Shown: positions 50,496 to 58,823, counted from the stretch's first letter. The stretch: DNA of 64,000 bases from Betaproteobacteria bacterium (GCA_900299145.1 OMIN01000060.1:20902-84901); one strand, 5' to 3'. The notes: generated by a model not told the origin, from the sequence alone. Program-made: numbers and translations.

Positions 50496-50588
50496 CTGGA
50501 GGAATCTCGCAGTTCCGCGTTGAAATGCGGTCCGCTCTGAGCCTCTGAAGCAGCAAGACTCCCTTTGGCACAAGTGGCTTTGTCGGGC

Positions 50589-50602
50589 TTGATGTGGATC
50601 AG
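50589..50602 (+). promoter_or_regulatory. FNR/Anr-type box TTGATgtggATCAG upstream of the kinase-like gene
   Basis: 9/10 match, centred about 41 nt upstream of the annotated ATG at 50637. Confidence 0.45.
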
Positions 50603-50636
50603 CAGCAGGCATCGGAAATTGTTGTAACAAGTATGC

Positions 50637-52283
50637 ATGGCTGCCGCACCTATCGATTCATTAATCACCACACCTTCGGAAGCAGCGTCGGCGACGTCGA
50701 CGTTGCTGGCGGCCCTGCGCGATCCCGCGATTTACCCACATGCCGTGGAACGTATCGAGGTACTGGAAACCCACATTTCCTGGGTGATTTTGACCGGGTT
50801 GTATGCTTACAAGATCAGGAAGCCGGTGAACCTGGAATTTCTTGATTTCCGCACGCTTGAATCGCGGCGGCACGACTGTGAAGAAGAACTGCGCCTGAAT
50901 CGCCGACTTTCACCTGCCCTGTACGCAGGCGTGGCGCCGATTACCGGCGATCCCGCGCATCCGGAGTTCAACGGCGGGGGCCCGGTCATCGAATACGCGG
51001 TGAAGATGCGCGAATTTCCGCAACAGGCGCTGGCAAGCCGCTTGCTGGACAGCAGCGCGCTGAATGCCACCCACTTTGATGCTTTAGCCAAGCGCCTGGC
51101 AGCCTTTCATCTGGAGGCGGGAATTGCAGCCACCGGCTGCCCTTACGGCAGTCCCGAATCGGTCCTAGGGCCAGTGCGCGACAGTTTCGATCAGATCGGA
51201 CGCCTGCTGCCAGATGGCGCAGATCAAGTGCGTCTGGCTGAACTGCGTGCATGGACTGAGCGGGAATACCATGCGCTTTGGTCCCATTTCCGCGTGCGTC
51301 AGGCGCAAGGAAACGTACGCGAATGCCACGGCGACCTGCATCTGGAAAATATCGTGATGCTGGACGGCGCACTGATACCGTTCGACTGCATCGAGTTCAG
51401 CCCAGCGATGCGCTGGATCGACGTCATGAGCGACGTGGCGTTCCTGTTCATGGATCTGACCCATCACGGACGCACCGATTTTGCCTACCGCTTCCTCAAT
51501 GCCTATTTGGATGCCAGCGGCGACTATGCGGGGCTGGCCGTGCTGCGCTTTTACCGCGTTTATCGCGCGATGGTTCGCGCCAAGATAAGTGCCATACGCT
51601 CATGGCAAGGCAGTGGCAGCGCTAAGGATTGCAAGCTGAAAGCAACCCGCGACTACATCGATCTCGCTGGCCGCTTCGCCCGGGATGGACAAGCCGCGAT
51701 GGTTCTGATGCACGGACTCTCAGGTTCCGGCAAAAGCCAGCTCGCGCAATACCTCTCAGACCATTTGGGCGCTGTCCAGTTGCGTTCCGACCGCGAGCGC
51801 AAACGGCTATGCGGTCTGGCCCCCATGGCTAGCAGTGATTCACCACCCGCCGCTGGCATTTATTCCGCCAACCTGACCGAGGCAACCTACCATCGATTGC
51901 TTGATCTCGCACGTCTGTGCTTGGTTGCGGGCCATGTGGCTGTCATCGACGCCACCTGTCTCAAACGCTGGCAGCGTGACCTGTTCCGTCGGGAAGCCAC
52001 CGCACGGGGCATTCCCTTTGTGATTGTTCAAACGACCGCACCTGAGGCCATTTTGCGCGCACGAATCGCCGCGCGTCTGGCGGCTCACGACAATGTTTCG
52101 GAGGCCGACCAGGCAGTACTCACACACCAACTGGCCCAAGTCGAGGCACTAACCCAGGAAGAATTGACACTCACCCTGCCTATTGACACAGCGGGTGGTG
52201 ATGCCGTGAGCTGTGCAATGGCGGCTCTTCCCCGCGTGCGCGCCAGGCTTGCCGAAGAACACATCAAGCCAAAGCCCCAGTAA
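50637..52283 (+). CDS. Bifunctional-type protein: aminoglycoside-phosphotransferase-like kinase fold plus C-terminal P-loop (AAA_33-like) kinase domain
   Basis: 548 aa. The N-terminal half has ETHISWVILTG, YKIRKPV and HGDLHLENIV (APH/protein-kinase-like catalytic loop). The C-terminal half has the Walker A GLSGSGKSQLA. The start codon is uncertain. Confidence 0.75.
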   Translation: MAAAPIDSLITTPSEAASATSTLLAALRDPAIYPHAVERIEVLETHISWVILTGLYAYKIRKPVNLEFLDFRTLESRRHDCEEELRLNRRLSPALYAGVAPITGDPAHPEFNGGGPVIEYAVKMREFPQQALASRLLDSSALNATHFDALAKRLAAFHLEAGIAATGCPYGSPESVLGPVRDSFDQIGRLLPDGADQVRLAELRAWTEREYHALWSHFRVRQAQGNVRECHGDLHLENIVMLDGALIPFDCIEFSPAMRWIDVMSDVAFLFMDLTHHGRTDFAYRFLNAYLDASGDYAGLAVLRFYRVYRAMVRAKISAIRSWQGSGSAKDCKLKATRDYIDLAGRFARDGQAAMVLMHGLSGSGKSQLAQYLSDHLGAVQLRSDRERKRLCGLAPMASSDSPPAAGIYSANLTEATYHRLLDLARLCLVAGHVAVIDATCLKRWQRDLFRREATARGIPFVIVQTTAPEAILRARIAARLAAHDNVSEADQAVLTHQLAQVEALTQEELTLTLPIDTAGGDAVSCAMAALPRVRARLAEEHIKPKPQ

Positions 52284-52313
52284 TTTTTATTTAAAAACAA
52301 ATACTTATATGAG
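52281..52313 (-). repeat. AT-rich intergenic repeat
   Basis: The reverse complement reads CTCATATAAGTATTTGTTTTTAAATAAAAATTA. It starts at the stop codon of the kinase-like gene. Confidence 0.65.
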
Positions 52314-52370
52314 TCACCGCTCCATACGCCGCAAGCAGACCGGCGCAACCGATTAATAGTGGAGGTCAAC

Positions 52371-53489
52371 GTGCTAATTGGCGTACCCAGGGAAATCAAG
52401 ACACAGGAATTTCGGGTCGGCATGACGCCATCGGCCGCACGCGAAGCCGTGGCGCACGGCCACCACGTGCTGATTGAAACCCAGGCGGGAGCTGGCATAG
52501 GCGCCAGCGACAACGACTATCGCAACGCTGGCGCCGAAGTGGCGAACAGCGCGGACGAGGTGTTTGCGAAAGCCGAACTGATGGTCAAGGTCAAAGAGCC
52601 TCAGGCCGTCGAGCGCCGCATGCTGCGCGAAAATCAGGTGCTGTTTACCTACTTGCATCTGGCGCCCGACCCGGAGCAAACACGCGACCTGATGAATAGT
52701 GGCGCCATCTGTATCGCCTATGAAACTGTCACCGCAGTTGGCGGCAGGCTACCGCTGCTTGCCCCGATGAGCGAAGTGGCGGGCCGCATGTCGATTCAAT
52801 GCGGGGCGCACTGCCTCGAAAAAAGCACCGGCGGCATGGGCGCCCTACTCGGCGGCATACCGGGCGTCGCCCCAGCACGCGTGGTCATCCTTGGCGCGGG
52901 CACTGTGGGTACTCACGCAGCACAAATGGCTGTGGGCACGGGCGCGCAGGTCGTGGTCATCGACAAATCGCTGGAGGCGTTGCGGCACATCGACGCGGCA
53001 TTCAACGGCCGCGTAATGACCGTGTTCAGCAATCGGGACAATATCGAACGCGAAGTATCGCGGGCCGATCTGGTGGTCAGTGGGGTGCTGATTCCCGGCG
53101 GCGCCGCGCCCAAACTCATTTCAAGAGCAACGCTGTCGAAGATGAAGCCCGGCGCGGTCATCGTAGACGTGGCCATCGATCAGGGCGGCAGCGTCGAAAC
53201 CAGCCGCCCCACCACGCATGCCGATCCGACTTACGTCGTTGACCGCGTTGTGCATTACATGGTCACCAACATGCCCGGCGCCGTACCCCGCACGTCAACG
53301 TATGGGTTAAACAACGCCACGTTGCCGTTCACGCTGGCCATTGCGGACAAGGGCTGGCGCAAGGCGTTACGCGACGATCCACATTTGATGAACGGCCTGA
53401 ACGTAGCAGCTGGCCGCATTACCTGCGAAGCCGTGGCCGGCGCATTGGAACTGGACTACGTGCCGCCGCACACCGTTATTAGGCTGTAG
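52371..53489 (+). CDS. ald: Alanine dehydrogenase
   Basis: GTG at 52371, preceded by GGAGG. VLIGVPREIKTQEFRVGMTP, VVILGAGTVGTHAA and VDVAIDQGG are typical of Ald. Confidence 0.93.
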   Translation: MLIGVPREIKTQEFRVGMTPSAAREAVAHGHHVLIETQAGAGIGASDNDYRNAGAEVANSADEVFAKAELMVKVKEPQAVERRMLRENQVLFTYLHLAPDPEQTRDLMNSGAICIAYETVTAVGGRLPLLAPMSEVAGRMSIQCGAHCLEKSTGGMGALLGGIPGVAPARVVILGAGTVGTHAAQMAVGTGAQVVVIDKSLEALRHIDAAFNGRVMTVFSNRDNIEREVSRADLVVSGVLIPGGAAPKLISRATLSKMKPGAVIVDVAIDQGGSVETSRPTTHADPTYVVDRVVHYMVTNMPGAVPRTSTYGLNNATLPFTLAIADKGWRKALRDDPHLMNGLNVAAGRITCEAVAGALELDYVPPHTVIRL

Positions 53490-53527
53490 CGTCCCCTCAG
53501 AACACTGCCGTCAAGCTGCTCAACCTG

Positions 53528-54007
53528 CTACCGTTGCGCCAGGTTACGAAGGTAGAGCACAAGATGCCAAATCTGCTCGTCCGAAAAATCCTTCGATGGC
53601 GGCATGGCGGTATCCGGGGATCCATTCTGAATGATCCAGAACAACTGGCCGTCCGGAATCCCGTTCACGGTTTCTTTGCAGGCAAAATTGCGCGGGGGCG
53701 GACTATACTGGCTGGCCAGCGCGCCTTTGCCGTCACCCCGTACACCGTGACAGATGGCACAAGGCAGTGTCTTGGACTTTCCGTTGTATAACCGCTCTCC
53801 CGTCGCCAGGGATTCGGTTGTGGCGGAGAGTGGGTTGCTGCGGGCGAGATAGTCGGGTGGAGCCTTCCCGGTAAACCGCGGCTGCGGACATTCGCCGATG
53901 GGCGGCAGCCGGCTCTGAGCGGATGCAAAATTGTTTCCAATAAGCGTGCTCAACGCATAGATGATCAGTGCAATGAGCCAATATCTGCCGTTTCCGGACA
54001 TAATCAT
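53528..54007 (-). CDS. Periplasmic mono-haem c-type cytochrome
   Basis: An in-frame ATG at 54007 (or 54001, which has better RBS spacing) gives a signal/anchor segment. One CxxCH motif (CAICH) and a distal Met region (DTAMPP). Confidence 0.8.
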   Translation of the reverse strand: MIMSGNGRYWLIALIIYALSTLIGNNFASAQSRLPPIGECPQPRFTGKAPPDYLARSNPLSATTESLATGERLYNGKSKTLPCAICHGVRGDGKGALASQYSPPPRNFACKETVNGIPDGQLFWIIQNGSPDTAMPPSKDFSDEQIWHLVLYLRNLAQR

Positions 54008-54088
54008 CTCCTGGAGACCGAACTCACGATTCAGCAACTTGGCCCCCGCCCTTGGCCCGGGGATTGTAGCGAATGAAAATCCGCATAC

Positions 54089-54130
54089 ATCATAGATGTT
54101 GCAGCTGATTCGATAGTTGATATTTGTCAA
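54089..54130 (-). promoter_or_regulatory. FNR/Anr-type promoter for the cytochrome c gene
   Basis: TTGATatttGTCAA at 54117-54130 (9/10), a 22-bp spacer, then TATGAT (54094-54089, minus strand). Confidence 0.55.
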
Positions 54131-54343
54131 CACTGGAGTCTGGATGCTGCAATGGTCTTTTGCCGGCTTTCGGCTCGTGATTTCAGAGAAGCAACTGCAG
54201 CGATTCGCCTTGTTTGGACGCAAAGCGCGCCTTCTGACGGCAACCTGCAAACTGTCCAGTACGCGTTCGGCGCATACGCCGCCCAGCTCATCAGGATTGG
54301 ATAACTTGGCACAGAAATCGCATCTAATGGGATCGCATCGAGT

Positions 54344-54805
54344 TCATTGCTCTACCGGAAAAGCCGCTGCTTTCCACGCTTCCAATCCACCTGCCAAACT
54401 GCGCACATTGGTATATCCAGCCAAACGCAATACCATAAGGGCAATCGCCCCACGATGTCCCGAACGGCAATACACCATGATCGGCGTAGCACGGTCCTGT
54501 GGAAGAGTACCGATCAGCTGCGCGATCTGCCTTACAGGGATATTACGTGCAGTTGCAATGCGTTCACTCCTGTATTCGGCGGCCTCACGCACATCCAGTA
54601 ACAGCACCCCGCCACTGGCGACCTGCTGGCGGGCGACTGCCGGCCGTACCGTGAAATAATCGTCGGGCATTTCCGCCAGGACCCGTGCCGCGGCCGTGGC
54701 CGCCGGAACATTCATCCAATCCTGCGCAAACGCTGTCTGCAACCCCGCGACAGCAATCAATCCCGGCAATAGGGCACGTATAAGTAATTGCTGAACGCTA
54801 CGCAT
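54344..54805 (-). CDS. Rhodanese-domain sulfurtransferase-like protein, secreted
   Basis: Start at the ATG at 54805, preceded by GGAG. Signal peptide, then LLLDVREAAEY and the active-site loop YCRSGHRG. Confidence 0.85.
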   Translation of the reverse strand: MRSVQQLLIRALLPGLIAVAGLQTAFAQDWMNVPAATAAARVLAEMPDDYFTVRPAVARQQVASGGVLLLDVREAAEYRSERIATARNIPVRQIAQLIGTLPQDRATPIMVYCRSGHRGAIALMVLRLAGYTNVRSLAGGLEAWKAAAFPVEQ

Positions 54806-54883
54806 GGCGATTCTCCAGCTTCCGGCTTGGCCTCGCGCCTTACTCAGGCGAGCCCAATGCAATCATGTCACAGCCATACTTGT

Positions 54884-55009
54884 TCACGGCTTCGATGCAT
54901 GCGCGCGAATGTCATCGTTCAGATAACCCTGCCGGTAATGTATGCCGGTTACACCCTCGCGCCAGCTACCGTTTTTCAACAGGAACTTGCGTTCGATTTC
55001 CTGGCCCAT
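54884..55009 (-). pseudogene. Remnant of a CYTH-domain (triphosphate tunnel metalloenzyme) gene: 41 codons only
   Basis: AGGAG RBS plus ATG at 55009 gives MGQEIERKFLLKNGSWREGVTGIHYRQGYLNDD. This carries the CYTH ExExK signature and the conserved RQGYL, then stops. Only 78 nt remain before the rhodanese gene. Confidence 0.45.
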
Positions 55010-55032
55010 TTAAATCTCCTTGCGCTATCGCC

Positions 55033-55073
55033 ATGCTATGGGCGATCTCAATGAAGCGCTTGATGCAGATCAA
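55033..55073 (-). promoter_or_regulatory. FNR/Anr-type class II promoter for the CYTH remnant and rhodanese gene
   Basis: Perfect TTGATgcagATCAA at 55060-55073, a 21-bp spacer, then TAGCAT (55038-55033, minus strand). Confidence 0.65.
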
Positions 55074-55167
55074 CTTCAGGGCCGAAAAAATCTGATCAAA
55101 ATGACAACTGGGAATTAAGCGCAATAACCCGCGAGGCCCCCTCATCCTAGCTGTTTTAACTAACCCC

Positions 55168-55209
55168 GTTACAAACCGTTACAACCGGTTACAAGCGCGC
55201 CCGTTGCAA
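55168..55209 (+). repeat. Phased direct repeats GTTACAA x3 (10-bp period) plus GTTGCAA
   Basis: GTTACAA at 55168, 55178 and 55188, and GTTGCAA at 55203, in the 520-bp intergenic region between the rhodanese side and the small secreted-protein gene. Confidence 0.6.
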
Positions 55210-55291
55210 GCACGCCATGCGCCCTGATCTGCCATCAGGACAAGGACGAGCGTTCAGGTTTGATCAGGACATAGCGGGTACCCAACTGATT

Positions 55292-55317
55292 GAACTTGCG
55301 TGCCCGCCAGGGTCAAA
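55292..55317 (+). promoter_or_regulatory. Candidate sigma-E-type promoter GAACTT-N15-TCAAA
   Basis: GAACTT at 55292-55297 and TCAAA at 55313-55317, 67 nt upstream of the ATG of the small secreted-protein gene. Confidence 0.4.
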
Positions 55318-55383
55318 CGTAGGGTGTCCGAGTGGCATGCCCATCGCGGACAAGGCGCATTTTTAAACTTAAAGGAGATCGAG

Positions 55384-55686
55384 ATGATGAAAAGACTGTT
55401 GTTGGGGGCGACGTTTGCATCTGCTGTGCTGGCCAGTACGCAATTGCTGGCCGATCCGGCAGATCATCGCCATGGACAGAATGCCCCGTGCACGGGTGCA
55501 AACTGCCCGTCGGTAGCCGCAGCCGGAGAACATGGCCAGCATGGCATGGGCCGCGGCGGCATGCGTGGTCGAATGCAAGCCATGCGTGGGGAGCACGAGG
55601 GTAAGGGCGCCCGCGGCATGCGGCACGATCCGCAAGGCAAAGCAGGGGAAGGCTGTCCGATGCACAGCGAACGTAAGCCCAGTTGA
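55384..55686 (+). CDS. Small secreted His/Met/Gly/Arg-rich protein (possible metal-binding or envelope-stress protein)
   Basis: AAAGGAG RBS plus ATG at 55384. Signal peptide MMKRLLLGATFASAVLAS, then a low-complexity region (HGQHGMGRGGMRGRMQAMRGEHEGKGARGMRHD). A good terminator follows. Confidence 0.6.
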   Translation: MMKRLLLGATFASAVLASTQLLADPADHRHGQNAPCTGANCPSVAAAGEHGQHGMGRGGMRGRMQAMRGEHEGKGARGMRHDPQGKAGEGCPMHSERKPS

Positions 55687-55708
55687 TCCGCTGCACTGTT
55701 GTTGAAGC

Positions 55709-55740
55709 GCCGGCAGCCGCAAGGCCGCCGGCACTTTTTT
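55709..55740 (+). terminator. Rho-independent terminator
   Basis: GC-rich stem 55709-55718 / 55723-55732 with one mismatch and a GCAA tetraloop, followed by CAC plus T6 (55735-55740). Confidence 0.6.
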
Positions 55741-55766
55741 CGGGCAGTGATTGGATCTCAGCGGAT

Positions 55767-55805
55767 CATTTAAAAATATCAATTAAAACAAATACTTACA
55801 AAAAA
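55767..55805 (-). repeat. AT-rich intergenic repeat
   Basis: The reverse complement reads TTTTTTGTAAGTATTTGTTTTAATTGATATTTTTAAATG. Lies between convergent genes. Confidence 0.75.
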
Positions 55806-55826
55806 CCTTTTCGCCCTTCAGTCGCC

Positions 55827-58325
55827 TCAACGCGAGCTAGCCGCCCGCCACCGGCGTCCAAGGCATCTCGCGGTTTCGATGGCCACCACACCGCCGGCGC
55901 CAACCGCGATCGCAAGCACGAGGTCCTCAGCAGATAGCGCTTCAAAACGAAAAATCGCTGCCGCCGGCATGACGTACAACGAAGTCGCCAGCGCGGCCAG
56001 CGTAACCAGCACGATCCACCACAGTGCGGGATTCGGCCTGGCGAATATCGCCTTGGAAGACTGCTCGGCAGACCGGTTCAGAATAATCAACGCCAGATTG
56101 CCGAACACAATCGCCGTAAAGGCAAACGCGCGCGCCACACCTTCACTGCGCCCAAGCGCGAGCACCCAGTCGTAGCCGACGGCCACTGCGATCAGCACTG
56201 CTACTCCCGTCCACAGACTATCGCCAACCATATGGCGGTCGAACAGGGGACGCCGGGGATCTCGCGGTGGTTGCAGCATGGCGTCGGCGTCGCCCGCTTC
56301 CGCCTCAAACACAATCGAACAGGCGGGATCGATGATGAACTCCAGAAACACCACGTGCACCGGAAACAACACCGGTGGCCAACCCAAAGCCAGCGGCAGA
56401 AACGCCATGCCCACCGTAGGCACATGCACGGAAATGATGTAGCGCATGGCATTTCGGATATTGCGGTATATCCGGCGCCCCAGACGAACAGTAGAAACGA
56501 TAGAACCGAAGTCGTCGTTGAGCAACACCAGCGCCGACGACTCGCGCGCCACATCTGTGCCGCGCCGGCCCATGGCCACGCCGATATGCGCCGCCTTCAA
56601 CGCCGGCGCATCGTTAACCCCGTCACCTGTCATGGCCACGACCTCGCCAGCAGCCTTATAAGCCATCACCAGCCGCAGTTTCTGCTCTGGCGTGACGCGC
56701 GCGTACACTTGCACGCGCGCTGCTGCTTGAACCAGTTCGGCATCGGTCATCACAGCCATGTCACGGCCGGTGATGGCGCCCGCGCTGACATCAAAGCCGG
56801 CCTGGCGCGCGATGGCCAACGCTGTGCCTGGGTGATCACCGGTAATCATCACGACACGAATGCCCGCTCGCCGGCATTCGGACACCGCCGCCGGCACAGA
56901 GGCGCGCAGCGGGTCGGCCAATGCCACAAAACCCAACCAGCGAAAGGCATAACCTGCGGGATCAGGCAGCCAAGGCGCGTTGTTCCACCGGGCTTCAGCC
57001 ACGGCAAGCAGGCGCAATCCGCGCCCCGCGGCGAGCGCTACCTGTTCCATCGCGGTAGAGCGCGCACCCGCGTCCAGACCGCACAACGCCAGCACGGTTT
57101 CGGGCGCGCCCTTGATCGCCACGCGGCTTTCGCCCTGTGGTGATCGCCAGCCATGGCAAATCGCCAGAAATCCGGGATGCAACGGGTAGTCCACCGCCAG
57201 ATGCCATTCCCTCCTGACACGCCCCGCGTGAGGCGCGACGCTTTCAGCCGTTGCCAAAATCGCCCGCTCCATGGGATCGAAAGGATCCAATTCACAAGCC
57301 AATGCTGCCGCGTCCAGCAACGCCGCAGCCTGCCCGCCGGATTTCATCCACGCGCCATCGCAATACACTTCGGCAACCTGCATGCGGTTTTCCGTCAGCG
57401 TGCCGGTCTTGTCCACGCAAAGAACGGTCGTCGCGCCCAGCATTTCCACGGCCGGTATGCGCCGGGTCAACACACCCTGTCGTCCAATGCGCCATGCACC
57501 CAGCGCCAGAAATACCGTCAGCACCAGAGGAAACTCTTCGGGCAAGGTCGCCATCGCCAGCGTGAGGCCGGCCAGAATGCCCGCCAACCAATCCCCGCGC
57601 AGCAGCGCGTAGTACACCGCAAGCACGATGCACCATGTCACCGCCAGTGCGGCGATAAGCCGTACCACGCGGGCAGTCTCGATCTGCAGCGCTGTCTTCC
57701 CGGCATCGATGGACGCCAGTGATACGCCTATCCGGCCCATCTGCGTATGGCTGCCCGTAGCGGTCACTTCCGCGCGGCCCTGCCCCTGAATCACCAGGGT
57801 GCCGGAAAAGACCTGGACGTCCCGGCCTTCCGGCAAGCCTGTTGATACGGCCTGCTTTTCAACCGGTATCGACTCGCCGGTAAGCAACGATTCATCCACC
57901 CGCAAACCCGTTGCCGACAGCAATCGCGCATCGGCTGGCACACGGTCACCTTCGGACAGAATCAGCAGATCGCCCCGCACTGTCTGGGCGCCCGCAATGC
58001 GTTGCGCCAAGCCGTCCCGTATGACGTGCGCGCGCGGACTGGAAAGATCGCGCAGGGCTTCAAGGGCCCGTTCACTTTTGCGCTCCTGAATCACGGTAAT
58101 GGCCATTACCACCAGTACCGATACCCCCAGCACCAACGCCTCGTGCACATCGCCCAGCAGCAGATAAATGCCGGCAGCCCCCGCAAGCAGCAGCAACATT
58201 GGCTCGCGCACCACTTCGATGGCAATAGCCAGCGTGTTGCGCGGGCGGGCGGCTGGCAGCGCGTTGGGGCCGTCAAGCGCCAGCCGCCGCTGCGCCTCGG
58301 CGCTGGTCAAACCCACCATGGTCAC
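55827..58325 (-). CDS. Cation-transporting P-type ATPase (P2-type, Ca2+/Mg2+-ATPase-like)
   Basis: 832 aa with an N-terminal cation-ATPase domain, TGES, the phosphorylation site CVDKTGTLTEN, MITGDH and GDGVNDAPALK. Confidence 0.95.
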   Translation of the reverse strand: MTMVGLTSAEAQRRLALDGPNALPAARPRNTLAIAIEVVREPMLLLLAGAAGIYLLLGDVHEALVLGVSVLVVMAITVIQERKSERALEALRDLSSPRAHVIRDGLAQRIAGAQTVRGDLLILSEGDRVPADARLLSATGLRVDESLLTGESIPVEKQAVSTGLPEGRDVQVFSGTLVIQGQGRAEVTATGSHTQMGRIGVSLASIDAGKTALQIETARVVRLIAALAVTWCIVLAVYYALLRGDWLAGILAGLTLAMATLPEEFPLVLTVFLALGAWRIGRQGVLTRRIPAVEMLGATTVLCVDKTGTLTENRMQVAEVYCDGAWMKSGGQAAALLDAAALACELDPFDPMERAILATAESVAPHAGRVRREWHLAVDYPLHPGFLAICHGWRSPQGESRVAIKGAPETVLALCGLDAGARSTAMEQVALAAGRGLRLLAVAEARWNNAPWLPDPAGYAFRWLGFVALADPLRASVPAAVSECRRAGIRVVMITGDHPGTALAIARQAGFDVSAGAITGRDMAVMTDAELVQAAARVQVYARVTPEQKLRLVMAYKAAGEVVAMTGDGVNDAPALKAAHIGVAMGRRGTDVARESSALVLLNDDFGSIVSTVRLGRRIYRNIRNAMRYIISVHVPTVGMAFLPLALGWPPVLFPVHVVFLEFIIDPACSIVFEAEAGDADAMLQPPRDPRRPLFDRHMVGDSLWTGVAVLIAVAVGYDWVLALGRSEGVARAFAFTAIVFGNLALIILNRSAEQSSKAIFARPNPALWWIVLVTLAALATSLYVMPAAAIFRFEALSAEDLVLAIAVGAGGVVAIETARCLGRRWRAASSR

Positions 58326-58368
58326 GTTGCCCTGCCCTTACCTGGGGAACGGCATTGCAGCGCACAAC

Positions 58369-58617
58369 TCACGAGGAATCAGCGCATCGAAACAAAGCCG
58401 AGATTTCCGCCTGGGCGTTTTCCAGATCTTCCTCGCAGGCATCTCCCGGCTGAATGTGATGGTATCGATCCGCGCAGTAATACGCCGGGACATCAGCGAG
58501 GTCCATCTCGTCGCTGCTGTCCCATTCGGGAATCTGTGTCGAGTAAGCGGCTACGGGCTGAACCAGCCCGGCCCTGGTAATCCGTGATTTCGTCTTGCCA
58601 GAAGGTTGGGGGCGCAT
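58369..58617 (-). CDS. Hypothetical small acidic protein upstream of the P-type ATPase
   Basis: The in-frame ATG at 58617 has a GGAG 7 nt upstream and lies about 70 nt downstream of an FNR-type box. 82 aa, no recognised family. Confidence 0.4.
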   Translation of the reverse strand: MRPQPSGKTKSRITRAGLVQPVAAYSTQIPEWDSSDEMDLADVPAYYCADRYHHIQPGDACEEDLENAQAEISALFRCADSS

Positions 58618-58652
58618 CGAAGTCTCCGCGTTGACGGGAATGTCCTGATTGC

Positions 58653-58693
58653 ATGCTAGGCAAGCACCGCCGGCGGGTATTGACACAGATCAA
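58653..58693 (-). promoter_or_regulatory. FNR/Anr-type class II promoter for the small protein and P-type ATPase
   Basis: TTGACacagATCAA at 58680-58693 (9/10), a 21-bp spacer, then TAGCAT (58658-58653, minus strand). Confidence 0.65.
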
Positions 58694-58823
58694 TCATACC
58701 AGCGGCGGCGCGAAGCGCCAGGTCGATTGGTCGAGATCAACACTGAAGGCATAGCAGAAGGCTTGAAATGAAAGAACCGGGTGTAGTTGTCACGCGGTTA
58801 TGCGATTCTCACTACTGCCTGGA

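Noticed and set aside
50566-50580. TGGCACaagtgGCTT, resembling a sigma-54 -24/-12 promoter
   Set aside because: The GG and GC elements are not at the required GG-N10-GC spacing, and no enhancer-binding protein gene is nearby.
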